This document shows positions 17,294-26,144 of a stretch of 64,000 nt of DNA, in pieces. Position numbers and translations under genes: made by a program. The notes beneath the pieces were generated by a model. It searched no databases, was not told where the DNA came from, and worked only from the letters and a program-made list of their open reading frames with translations. The DNA lies in assembly GCA_013178275.1 (NCBI GenBank), contig JABLWZ010000011.1, positions 89,422-153,421 of the forward strand, written 5' to 3'. Numbering within the stretch: the first letter of the stretch is position 1; each line of letters begins with the position of its first letter. The DNA is from Bacillota bacterium. Lineage in GTDB: Bacteria > Bacillota > Ch66 > Ch109.

Positions 17294-17516
17294 GTATATT
17301 CACCTCTTTCGAATTGATAGTCTATAATGCCAGCCGCTCAAAGGCGGGCATGGTATTAATTATACTATACAGCGGTGTCCGGCGTCAGCTTTCCGAAACG
17401 TGACCGGGGCGGGGGCCGCTTATTCGAACCCCTAGGCCTACAGGCCATGCCAATAGTGGATCTGGAGCGGCAGAGCGGGTGGATATTGATGCTCCAATTA
17501 ATTAAAAAATCAGACA

Positions 17517-17545
17517 TTGACAAAACATGGCCAAGTGGGTATATT
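17517..17545 (+). promoter_or_regulatory. sigma-A type promoter of the T-box leader
   Basis: TTGACA (17517-17522), 17-nt spacer, TATATT (17540-17545). Confidence 0.6.
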
Positions 17546-17570
17546 AGATGAAACAATTTAAAATTATAAA

Positions 17571-17814
17571 GGCATTGACGGAGAGAGTACGTTTCAGCCG
17601 AACGTTGCAGCGAGCCGGGGGCGGTGCAAGCCCGGTACCAGTAGTCTGAACCAGGAAAATCACTCCTGAGCTGCGGACCGAACGAGTAATCCAGTAGGCT
17701 CCGACGGTTTCCCCCGTCACCGGGAACGCATATGATGGTATGTTTGTTTAATGGGTGGTACAGCGAATGTCTTTCAGGCTTTCGTCCCTTTGCGGACGAA
17801 AGCTTTTTAATTTT
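17571..17814 (+). promoter_or_regulatory. T-box leader, predicted specifier AUC (Ile)
   Basis: Stem I elements: TTGAC..CTGAGC GA motif, AGAGAGTA, distal GGTGCAA. The 3' side of the specifier loop is GGAAAAUCA followed by CUCC, which pairs with GGAG. T-box sequence AATGGGTGGTACAGCG at 17750-17765. Terminator GCTTTCGTCC-ctttgc-GGACGAAAGC plus TTTTTAATTTT at 17778-17814. Confidence 0.8.
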
Positions 17815-17834
17815 AATGACTGGAGGATAGGGCA

Positions 17835-18419
17835 ATGGCGACTAATGGTATGGTAGAAATCCGCTGGCACGGCCGGGGCGGACAGGGAGCCAAGGTAGCC
17901 TGCCTGCTGCTGGCGGAAGCGGCTGGTCTGGGAGGAAAATTCGTGCAGGGATTCCCGGAGTATGGACCGGAACGCATGGGGGCCCCTATAACGGCTTATA
18001 ATCGCATCAGTGAAAAACGGTGTACTATCCATTCCAACATTTACTACCCGGACTATGTGGTCGTGATAGATGAAACTCTGCTGGACAGCGTCGACGTCAC
18101 CGGAGGACTGAAAGAGGACGGCGCGATAATCATCAACACCCCCAGCTCTCCCCGGGAGATGCGTCCCCGGCTGCGGGAATGGACCGGAAAGGTCTGTACC
18201 ATAGATGCCCGCCGCATCTCGGAAGAGACCCTGGGCAAGAACTTACCGAATACCCCTATGCTGGCCGCTGTGGTCAAGGTGAGCGGCGTTTTGGAGACCG
18301 GGCGTTTTTTAGTGGATATAGAAGAATCCTTCAGACATAAATTTGCTGATAAACCCCAGGTTATCGAGGGAAACATGGCAGCACTGAAAAAATCCATGGA
18401 GGAGGTGCAGGTAGGATGA
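17835..18419 (+). CDS. 2-oxoacid:ferredoxin oxidoreductase, gamma subunit
   Basis: 194 aa. N-terminus (EIRWHGRGGQGAKVACLLLAEAA) is typical of the POR/VOR gamma subunit. It overlaps the next gene (ATGA). Confidence 0.9.
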   Translation: MATNGMVEIRWHGRGGQGAKVACLLLAEAAGLGGKFVQGFPEYGPERMGAPITAYNRISEKRCTIHSNIYYPDYVVVIDETLLDSVDVTGGLKEDGAIIINTPSSPREMRPRLREWTGKVCTIDARRISEETLGKNLPNTPMLAAVVKVSGVLETGRFLVDIEESFRHKFADKPQVIEGNMAALKKSMEEVQVG

Positions 18420-18724
18420 TTCAGGCGAAGGATATCAACGAACGTACCCCATGGCAGGACCTGACCCCCGGCGGGGAGATTTACGAACCAGGAACCGCAC
18501 GGGCCTTCGATACTGGTACCTGGCGGACCAACACGCCGGTCTTTCATGAGGAGGCATGTAAACACTGTATGCTGTGTGTTCCATTCTGCCCGGACTGTGC
18601 TATCCCGGTGAAGGACGGGAAGCGTCTGGACTTCGATTATATGCACTGCAAGGGCTGCGGCGTCTGTGAGAAGGTGTGTCCCTTCCCGGCGATCACGATG
18701 GTGACTGGAGGTGCGGCCAGATGA
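18416..18724 (+). CDS. 2-oxoacid:ferredoxin oxidoreductase, delta (2x[4Fe-4S]) subunit
   Basis: 102 aa with two ferredoxin Cys clusters (CKHCMLCVPFCPD, CKGCGVCEKVCP). Confidence 0.9.
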   Translation: MIQAKDINERTPWQDLTPGGEIYEPGTARAFDTGTWRTNTPVFHEEACKHCMLCVPFCPDCAIPVKDGKRLDFDYMHCKGCGVCEKVCPFPAITMVTGGAAR

Positions 18725-19911
18725 GCAACCGCCTTTCCGGCAACGAGGCTGTAGCCTATGCCTTGAAGCAGATTAATCCTGATGTCATGGGAGCGTTCCC
18801 TATCACCCCCTCCACAGAGATTCCCGAGTATTTCGCCGGTTATGTGGCTAACGGCGAGGTAAATACCGAATACGTCACCGTGGAGTCCGAGCACAGTTCG
18901 ATGTCCGTGTGCATCGCGGCGCAGGCCGCGGGAGCCAGGGCTGTCTGTGCCACTTCATCCTGCGGCCTGGCACTGATGTACGAGCTTTTATACGTAGCGG
19001 CTTCATGCCGGCTGCCGATCACACTGGCCTGCGTCAACCGGGCCCTTTCAGGGCCGATCAACATAAACAACGATCACTCTGACTCTATGGGGGCCCGTGA
19101 TAGCGGCTGGATCCAAATCTATGCCGAGAATAATCAGGAGGCCTACGATAATTTTCTTATGGCTATGCCTATCGGCGAGACCCCCAGCGTGCGCCTGCCG
19201 GTGATGACCTGTATGGACGGCTTCATCACCAGTCATGCCGTAGAGAATATAGAGCTTTTGGAGACGGATGTCGTGCGCGGGTTCATCGGGGAATACAACC
19301 CTGAAAACTACCTGCTGAAAAAGGAGAACCCGCTGGCGATAGGACCGTACGACGTGAGTCCCTATTACATGGAACACAAGGTCCAGGAGGCTGAGGCGAT
19401 GAAGGCGGCCAAGGCCCGCATTCTGGAGGTGGCCGCGGAGTTTGAGAAGATCTCCGGCCGGCGCTACGGCCTGTTTGAAGAATACCGGATGGAGGATGCC
19501 GAACTCGCTCTGGTTCTAATCGGGTCCACTGCCGGAACCGCCAAGGCGGCGGTCGACAAGCTGCGGGAGGATGGGGTAAAGGCCGGGCTCGTTAAGATCA
19601 GGGTATTCCGTCCTTTCCCGGGCGAGGAACTGGCCCGGGCTCTGGCCAGCACCAAGGCCGTGGCTGTCATGGATAAGTCCGAGGGCTTTTCGGCAAACGG
19701 GGGTCCTTTATTCGCAGAGACCCGCAGCGCCCTGTATGACCTGAAGGAACGCCCGTACCTGATCGATATCGTTTACGGTCTGGGCGGCCGTGATGTAAAG
19801 ACCGAGGACATTGAAAAAGTGTTCGGCCGGCTGGCGGATATCGCTGCGACCGGCGAGACTGGACCGGTGTATACCCATATGGGGCAGAGGTCAAAGGAGG
19901 AGAAGGCATGA
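18721..19911 (+). CDS. 2-oxoacid:ferredoxin oxidoreductase, alpha subunit
   Basis: Start ATG 18721 overlaps the delta stop (ATGA), giving MSNRLSGNEAVAYALKQINPDVMGAFPITPSTEI, which is typical of PorA/VorA. The 45-nt longer ORF-track start is rejected. Confidence 0.9.
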   Translation: MSNRLSGNEAVAYALKQINPDVMGAFPITPSTEIPEYFAGYVANGEVNTEYVTVESEHSSMSVCIAAQAAGARAVCATSSCGLALMYELLYVAASCRLPITLACVNRALSGPININNDHSDSMGARDSGWIQIYAENNQEAYDNFLMAMPIGETPSVRLPVMTCMDGFITSHAVENIELLETDVVRGFIGEYNPENYLLKKENPLAIGPYDVSPYYMEHKVQEAEAMKAAKARILEVAAEFEKISGRRYGLFEEYRMEDAELALVLIGSTAGTAKAAVDKLREDGVKAGLVKIRVFRPFPGEELARALASTKAVAVMDKSEGFSANGGPLFAETRSALYDLKERPYLIDIVYGLGGRDVKTEDIEKVFGRLADIAATGETGPVYTHMGQRSKEEKA

Positions 19912-20846
19912 GCACGGTGTATAACCTGAAACAGGAAGTAGAAAAGCCGCCCCGTCTCACCGGAGGGCATCGACTCTGCGCCGGCTGCGGCGCCGGGGTC
20001 GTTGTGGCCGGGGTTCTGCGTGCTCTGGATAAAGAGGACCGGGCGGTGGTAGTCAATGCCACCAGCTGTCTGGAGGTCTCCACCTTCATGTACCCTTACA
20101 CCGCCTACATGGACAGCTATATCCATTCGGCTTTTGAAAACTCCGCGGCTACCTGTTCCGGAGTGGAGGCGGCGTATAACGCCTTGAAACGCCGCGGCAA
20201 GGTGGAAGGAACCGTCAAGTTCATTACCTTTGGAGGTGACGGCGGCACCTACGATATAGGGTTTCAATCCCTGTCAGGCGCTATGGAACGCGGCCATGAC
20301 ATGGTCTACGTCTGCTATGACAACGAGGCCTACATGAATACCGGAATCCAGCGTTCGTCTTCGACGCCTCATTTCGCCCGCACGACTACCACGCCTACCG
20401 GTTCTGTGGCGCAGGGTAAGAAACAGAACAAAAAAGACCTGACTGAAATTATGGTGGCTCATAATATCCCTTATGCGGCTCAGACCGCCCCGCTGGGCAA
20501 TTTCAGAGATCTGCACGCCAAGTCTCATAAGGCTATCTATACCGAGGGCCCCTGCTTTTTGAACGTACTGTCCCCCTGTCCCCGTGGATGGGACTACCCC
20601 ATGGAGAGGCTCCCGGAGATCGCCCAGCTGGCGGTGGATACCTGCGTCTGGCCCCTTTACGAAGTAGAGGAGGGGGTGTGGCGTCTGAGCTATAAACCGA
20701 AGAAAAAGCTGCCCGTGGAAGACTTCCTCCGCCCTCAGGGCAGGTTCAACCATATGTTCCAAAAGGGCAATGAGTGGATGCTCGAAGAAGCGCAGCAGTA
20801 TATAGATCAAAAATGGGAACGCCTGCTGGAGCGCACCGGCGCCTAA
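19908..20846 (+). CDS. 2-oxoacid:ferredoxin oxidoreductase, beta (TPP-binding) subunit
   Basis: CAGCG Cys motif. TPP-binding region GGDGGTYDIGFQSL..CYDNEAYMNTG. Confidence 0.9.
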   Translation: MSTVYNLKQEVEKPPRLTGGHRLCAGCGAGVVVAGVLRALDKEDRAVVVNATSCLEVSTFMYPYTAYMDSYIHSAFENSAATCSGVEAAYNALKRRGKVEGTVKFITFGGDGGTYDIGFQSLSGAMERGHDMVYVCYDNEAYMNTGIQRSSSTPHFARTTTTPTGSVAQGKKQNKKDLTEIMVAHNIPYAAQTAPLGNFRDLHAKSHKAIYTEGPCFLNVLSPCPRGWDYPMERLPEIAQLAVDTCVWPLYEVEEGVWRLSYKPKKKLPVEDFLRPQGRFNHMFQKGNEWMLEEAQQYIDQKWERLLERTGA

Positions 20847-20915
20847 ACCTCTGGCTGAGACTGGGAATGGGTCCAAAATGTATGGTATGATAACGTTAGC
20901 AAGGAGGTTTTGCCC

Positions 20916-21824
20916 GTGGAGCAGACAATGTTTACCAATGAGGTTATTTTATCCTGGCTCCAGTATTTTTCACAGAACGTTGAGTTCAACCTGGCAAAAC
21001 TGAAGATGCTTGACATTACCGGGAAGAATAAGAACCTGATCCCGACCATTATGAGCAATCGGGCGGTGATGGTCTTTACGGACGCCGGGCATCCGAATAT
21101 CTTCTACGACATGTGGAATTCAGACCTGGGGGACTGCGAAATCTGGTACAATGAGGGTTCGGACCCTTCCGGCGAGATCAAGCACGACAAGGTTTCAAAC
21201 ATGATCAACCGCGGGATCAATGCCTCCGCGGCTATGCTGATCCTGAATCCCGGCGCTGTGACCAACTATCAGATCGGTATAGAGAACAGCCGTTTCTCCT
21301 GCGGTTCTGTTCAGTATGTGTGCCGGGAAGTTCGGGCTGTTATAATGAACAAGCTCAACCTGGGGGACCAGGACAATATATGTATAATCTCGGGTGAGAG
21401 CATCGCGGTGGAGGCCGCCATGATCGCCGCCGAGGGCAGTGTTATCGCTGTGGAATACGACCCCCGAGACCGGTGTACCATGAAAGAGAATATAGAGAAG
21501 TTTGGACTGAGCAACGTAACGATCGTTGAGTCTCTGAATAATGGTATCCTGGATAAGCTGCCGGTGCCGGACATAGCGTTTATAGTGGCTTCCCCGAGGA
21601 TCGACAGTGAAATAAAGCGTCTGCTGGCCATCAATCCAGCCATGAATTTTGTCATCTACACGCTGGACTTCGAAATGCTGACTTCTCTTCCTGCCCGGTT
21701 TCGGGAAAACGGCCTGGAGCGCACTGAAGCTATCCATATAGCGGTATCCCGGGTCAACAGCAAAAACATGGTGGAGCCATTCCCAGCTCCCTGGCTGATC
21801 TCCGGCAGAAGCGTTAAAGGATAG
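20916..21824 (+). CDS. CbiT-like methyltransferase-fold protein with degenerate SAM loop and unknown N-terminal domain
   Basis: The C-terminal ~170 aa align by eye to precorrin-6B methyltransferase CbiT (..GSVIAVEYDPRDRCTMKENIEKFGLSNVTIVE.., ..AVSRVN..PWLISG). The expected D-x-G-x-G-x-G loop reads IISGESIA. GTG 20916 fits RBS AAGGAGG better than TTG 20910. Confidence 0.5.
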   Translation: MEQTMFTNEVILSWLQYFSQNVEFNLAKLKMLDITGKNKNLIPTIMSNRAVMVFTDAGHPNIFYDMWNSDLGDCEIWYNEGSDPSGEIKHDKVSNMINRGINASAAMLILNPGAVTNYQIGIENSRFSCGSVQYVCREVRAVIMNKLNLGDQDNICIISGESIAVEAAMIAAEGSVIAVEYDPRDRCTMKENIEKFGLSNVTIVESLNNGILDKLPVPDIAFIVASPRIDSEIKRLLAINPAMNFVIYTLDFEMLTSLPARFRENGLERTEAIHIAVSRVNSKNMVEPFPAPWLISGRSVKG

Positions 21825-21929
21825 TTGATAACGCTGCGGTCTGGATAAGGCTGGCGCCGGATGATTTATTAAAGGGACTGTGGTTTCGGCCCGGTACCTT
21901 CATCTTCACCAAAATAAGAGAGAATGCTT

Positions 21930-21962
21930 AAACAACTACTCGTTTTTGAGTAGTTGTTTTTA
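21930..21962 (+). terminator. rho-independent terminator of the oxidoreductase operon
   Basis: AAACAACTACTC-gttttt-GAGTAGTTGTTTTT. Confidence 0.75.
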
Positions 21963-21976
21963 TTCAATGCAGATCC

Positions 21977-22039
21977 AGGCAAGGTTTTGTAAGAATTAGA
22001 CACGATTTTGCTACTTTATGACTATAAATATAGACAGTC
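21977..22039 (+). promoter_or_regulatory. 21-nt phased direct repeats (site A), candidate LytTR operator
   Basis: AGGCAAGGTTTTGTAAGAATT | AGACACGATTTTGCTACTTTA | TGACTATAAATATAGACAGTC, upstream of the gene starting at 22152. Confidence 0.5.
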
Positions 22040-22151
22040 AACTTTGGGATTGTTAACTTAGGGTTTGCTGAAAAACCGTCAAGGCCTTAAAACAACGGGT
22101 GACGCTGGTGCCATCTTTTCGCCTTAGTCCGTTAAAGGGGTTGAACTGTTT

Positions 22152-22985
22152 ATGAGGATAGAAGTAAAAAACGAGTTCTCCTATATACTATTTTTTTCGG
22201 TTATCCTGTTGATTCTTATGGATGTAAGCGTAACTGTACGGGTTGCCTTGGGTGTGCCTTTTGTCCTGTTTTTTCCCGGGTATACCTTAATAGCAGCCCT
22301 GTTTCCAGCCCGGGACGATCTCGACGGCATTGAACGGGTTGCCTTGAGCTGCGGTCTAAGTATAGCCGTGGTACCGCTTCTAGGTCTCATCCTGAATTTC
22401 ACCCCGTGGGGAATAAGGCTTTACCCCATCCTGCTGACGCTTTTGTTTTTCATGCTACTGCTGTCCATTATTACAATCCACCGAAGAAATAAACTTACTC
22501 TCGATAAGCGCTTTGTGGTTGCTTTAAACGTTAAAATAATAAAATGGAGCGACCTTTCAAGAATGGACAAAATTCTCTCGGTGGCGCTGGCGGGAGCTGT
22601 TATTTTTGCGGCCGGAAGCCTTTATTACGCCTCAGCTACACCAAAAGTTGATGAGAAATTCACCGAGTTTTACATGTTGGGTCCAGGCGGGAAGGCAGAG
22701 GGTTACCCCCGGGTTATGAAAACGGGTGAGGAAAAGGAAGTCATCCTGGGAACCGTTAACCACGAATACCGCCAGGTTTCCTATTCCGTCGAGGTGCGAA
22801 TGGATGGGGTTGTGATGACGCGACTAGGTCCTTTTAAAATAAACCACGAGGAAAAAAAGGAAGAGTCAGTTAGCTTCAGTGTTTATGAACCCCATGAAAA
22901 TCTGAAGGTAGAGTTTCTACTATTTAAAGACGGAGAGAGCGCCCCCTATCGATCCCTGCATTTGTGGGTGAACGTTCATGAGTAG
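22152..22985 (+). CDS. DUF1616-like membrane protein
   Basis: N-terminal 4-5 TM helices (..VALGVPFVLFFPGYTLIAALFP..DLDGIERVALS..) plus a C-terminal beta-rich soluble domain. The family name is from memory. Confidence 0.55.
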   Translation: MRIEVKNEFSYILFFSVILLILMDVSVTVRVALGVPFVLFFPGYTLIAALFPARDDLDGIERVALSCGLSIAVVPLLGLILNFTPWGIRLYPILLTLLFFMLLLSIITIHRRNKLTLDKRFVVALNVKIIKWSDLSRMDKILSVALAGAVIFAAGSLYYASATPKVDEKFTEFYMLGPGGKAEGYPRVMKTGEEKEVILGTVNHEYRQVSYSVEVRMDGVVMTRLGPFKINHEEKKEESVSFSVYEPHENLKVEFLLFKDGESAPYRSLHLWVNVHE

Positions 22986-23802
22986 ACTACGGGTACATAT
23001 CCAAATACATATCCCAAAATGGGATTTCGTTATCAAAAGTACTGTTTCTAATAAAGATCACTTTTTAATCTGGCTGTATGCGGCCGCTGTCACTGCCGCG
23101 GAAGTTGTCACGGCCTACTACAACCCGATTTACGGGGTCGCCGGTCACGTGGTTTTGCTGGTAGCCTTGCTCGTACACGCTTCCTTGGCTTATAAGCAAG
23201 CTATAAAACTGATTTATCTGTCTTTGTCCCTGGCTCCGATGATCCGGATCATGAGCCTTTCCATGCCGCTGATGGGCCTGCCGCCCATCTACTGGTACCT
23301 GATCATCAGTCTTCCGCTTTTTGTTACCGCCGCTTTGGTAATGCAGTATGCCGGTTTTAAGCCCCGGGAGGTCGGGCTGATTGTGGGTAACCTGCCCCTT
23401 CAGTTGCTGGTGGCGTTCATCGGGGTGCCGCTGGGCCTGATAGAGTACCTGATTTTAAAACCCACTTCCCTGGTGCCGGGGCTTGCCTTGCAGCACGCCT
23501 GGCTTCCAGCGCTGATCCTGCTTGTCAGCACCGGGTTTTTAGAGGAATTTATCTTTCGTGGGATTATGTATCGTGCGGCTGTGGAGACTTTAGGCAGGTG
23601 GTACAGCATTATCTATATCAGTTTCATATTCGGGGCGCTGCACATCACCCACCGTTCACCGGTAGAGCTGGTTTTTGTTTTTGCGGTGGCGCTTCTCTTT
23701 TCCATAATCGTTGACTTTTTCAGATCCCTTTTGGGTGTCTCCCTAGCTCATGGAATAACGAATATCAGTTTATACATTATATGGCCGTATTTTTTAAGCT
23801 GA
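22978..23802 (+). CDS. CPBP-family intramembrane glutamic protease (CAAX protease-like)
   Basis: EEFIFRG and FGALH motifs in a polytopic protein. The start overlaps the upstream stop. Confidence 0.8.
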   Translation: MSRLRVHIQIHIPKWDFVIKSTVSNKDHFLIWLYAAAVTAAEVVTAYYNPIYGVAGHVVLLVALLVHASLAYKQAIKLIYLSLSLAPMIRIMSLSMPLMGLPPIYWYLIISLPLFVTAALVMQYAGFKPREVGLIVGNLPLQLLVAFIGVPLGLIEYLILKPTSLVPGLALQHAWLPALILLVSTGFLEEFIFRGIMYRAAVETLGRWYSIIYISFIFGALHITHRSPVELVFVFAVALLFSIIVDFFRSLLGVSLAHGITNISLYIIWPYFLS

Positions 23803-23980
23803 AAAAAGAATATTTGAGTAAAAAGAAACGCACAACATTTTCTCGCGACCCTCAAAATCGAGTGACGGAAGCGCATATACAAGTATGGGATATATAGAGA
23901 TTCGTGTTTTAGCGCTATCCTATAAGGTTCTGGGGTCTATGTTGCAGGTAAGCTGAACCGAGCTGAACCGGTGAAAAATA

Positions 23981-24030
23981 AGGCGAGAAATTGTAATTTT
24001 TAGACAAGAAAATGTAACTTTTAGACAAGG
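23981..24030 (+). promoter_or_regulatory. 21-nt phased direct repeats (site D), candidate autoregulatory LytTR operator
   Basis: AGGCGAGAAATTGTAATTTTT | AGACAAGAAAATGTAACTTTT | AGACAAGG, ending 59 nt upstream of the agrC-like start. Confidence 0.55.
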
Positions 24031-24088
24031 CGAGCAGGAACCGGCTTCCTTTATCAATAAATAAATCCGGGATAAGGAAGGTGACCAT

Positions 24089-25522
24089 TTGGATACGATT
24101 ACCCCCTTTTTTTCCTTGTTAATGGTTTCGTTTCCGGAAGCGGTCCTGGTAGCGAGCCTGGGATTTCTACTGGTAGGGCTCAAACCCTGGTGGCGCGATT
24201 TACTTATAATCGGGGTTTTACAGGCGGGTTTTTCTTATATCATCCGGCTCCTGCAGGTGCCTTTTGGGCTCCACTCAATCTTTGAAATACTTTTATTCGT
24301 TCTAAATATTCGCCTGGTAACCCGCCTGCCATACCGGATAGTTTTACTTGCATCTTTACTTGGCCTGATTTTTTACGGCTCAGTTGAAACGATAGCAGTT
24401 CAGTTCATGCTGCATATCGAAGGTTTCTCATTGACCGATGTTTGGAATAATAACTCTATAAAAATTATATTCTTTCTTCCCCAGGCCCTGGTCATGCTGA
24501 TATTTATAGCAGCCTGTAAAGCTTTTAATATCTCTTTAATCGATTATACCCAAGAATACAATCGTTCAGGATACTTATCGAGAAAGGAATTTCAGGACAA
24601 TTTGAAGGTAGACATCGTTAATAAACATAATCTTTTTATATTTGTAGTCGTTCTCCTGCCATTACTTTTACTGGTCATATTGAACACTACCTTTGAGGCA
24701 GCCAGGTTGAACATTTTCCCGGGAGAGCATTTTATCATCTTTAACGGGCTCATGGGATTATTCATTATTGTTTTAACGGTACTGTCCACTGTCGCTGTAA
24801 AAAAAATCGGACAGTATATAGAAAAGGAATACGAGGCTAAGAGAGCGGAGGAAAACTTAAAACAGATCAAGCAGTTGATTGACTCTTCTAGAAAGCAGAG
24901 ACATGACTTCCACCACCAGCTGCAGACTATTTACGGACTGCTGGAAGGCGGCTCCTATGAGCGGGCGCGGGATTATATAAGCAGGGCGTTCGGTGACATA
25001 TCCAAAACCGCGGAATTGATAAAAATTGACAATTTTAGTATTGGCGCCCTTCTCTACACCAAGATAGGACTGGCTGAGGCCAGGAACATCGAAATGGAAA
25101 TAGCCGTTGAATGTAGCCTCAAAGAGATACCTTTAACTCCTCATGAAGCAAGCTCCTTACTCGGGAACCTGATTGATAATGCGCTTGAAAACGTGGAAGC
25201 TAAAGCCGGTGAAAGCAGGCGGGTAAAAGTAAAAATAGTCCGTGAACCGGGGGCATACGTAATCATAATAAGCAATACCGGGAGCCCTATCTCTCCCAAA
25301 ATCAGAGAAACCATGTTCAAACCCGGTTTTACTACCAAAGAAGATCACTCCGGTTTGGGCCTGTCAATCGTCAAAGATATCGTCTCCAAACACCGAGGCA
25401 GCATCGCGATAAGCAGCGATACTGAAGAAACGACTTTTACCATTACAGTACCGCTCAAAAAAGAGGTGAGGTTGAATGAATCTAAGTCAAATGGCTGGAG
25501 GAACCGCAAACTATCTGGCTAA
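24089..25522 (+). CDS. agrC: AgrC-like (HPK10) membrane sensor histidine kinase
   Basis: About 6-7 N-terminal TM helices. H-box RKQRHDFHHQLQTIYGLL. GHKL ATPase motifs (LLGNLIDNALENV, ISNTG, TTKEDHSGLGLSIV). Confidence 0.8.
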   Translation: MDTITPFFSLLMVSFPEAVLVASLGFLLVGLKPWWRDLLIIGVLQAGFSYIIRLLQVPFGLHSIFEILLFVLNIRLVTRLPYRIVLLASLLGLIFYGSVETIAVQFMLHIEGFSLTDVWNNNSIKIIFFLPQALVMLIFIAACKAFNISLIDYTQEYNRSGYLSRKEFQDNLKVDIVNKHNLFIFVVVLLPLLLLVILNTTFEAARLNIFPGEHFIIFNGLMGLFIIVLTVLSTVAVKKIGQYIEKEYEAKRAEENLKQIKQLIDSSRKQRHDFHHQLQTIYGLLEGGSYERARDYISRAFGDISKTAELIKIDNFSIGALLYTKIGLAEARNIEMEIAVECSLKEIPLTPHEASSLLGNLIDNALENVEAKAGESRRVKVKIVREPGAYVIIISNTGSPISPKIRETMFKPGFTTKEDHSGLGLSIVKDIVSKHRGSIAISSDTEETTFTITVPLKKEVRLNESKSNGWRNRKLSG

Positions 25523-26144
25523 AGAGCTGTCGCTGGATACCGGTAAAACCGATACTTTACGCTTCGGCTTGGAAATAATTTTAGCTGTTCTCATTAAAGG
25601 GATTATCCTTCTCAGCCTAGCCCACTTCCTTGGAATACTTCCCGAAGTGACGTTTGCGATGGCTTGTGGGGTTATTTACCGGCTTCTCAGCGGTGGAGCC
25701 CACTGCAATGGCTATTGGAGATGCCTTACCTTGGGAGTTTTGAGTTATCTCGGGGCCGGAGAACTGGGATTATACTTGGGAAGTTATTTATCAAAAGATT
25801 TGCTGGTATATTCACTGCTGGCCGGATATTTGCTATCCTCCCTCTGCATTATAGCCTGGGTGCCGGGGGAAGTACCTTTTAAAAAAATTACAATAGTTTC
25901 CGAAAGAATCATGTTTAAACTCCTTTCGCTGGGCTATCTCAGTTTATGGTTAGGGACCAGTATAATTATTGTTCACTATACCAGTTCATCTCTTGCCGTT
26001 GCCGGTCTTATTGCTGTTATTATCCAGACGATCAGTTTTTCTCCGCCCGGCTACAAGACAATCTACCAGTTAGATAAACTTTTGGCAGGATTAGCAAGAT
26101 TATTTAAAGAAAGGAGGTGCTTGGCCAATGCTGCGGATCATTAA
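25476..26144 (+). CDS. agrB: AgrB-like peptide-processing membrane protease
   Basis: YRLLSGGAHCNGYWRC region carrying the conserved His/Cys pair of AgrB. Polytopic. RBS AAGAGGTGAGG. Confidence 0.85.
   Translation: MNLSQMAGGTANYLAKELSLDTGKTDTLRFGLEIILAVLIKGIILLSLAHFLGILPEVTFAMACGVIYRLLSGGAHCNGYWRCLTLGVLSYLGAGELGLYLGSYLSKDLLVYSLLAGYLLSSLCIIAWVPGEVPFKKITIVSERIMFKLLSLGYLSLWLGTSIIIVHYTSSSLAVAGLIAVIIQTISFSPPGYKTIYQLDKLLAGLARLFKERRCLANAADH

Noticed and set aside
17365-18032. Minus-strand ORFs 17365-17835 and 17748-18032.
   Set aside because: They lie antisense to the promoter, T-box leader and gamma-subunit start. Their composition is unlike proteins (Pro/Arg/Ser-rich), and the plus-strand RNA element explains the sequence.
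23951-23970. Tandem duplication AGCTGAACCG x2 upstream of the agr operator.
   Set aside because: There are only two 10-nt copies with no further periodicity. It is probably a slippage duplication, noted but not interpreted.
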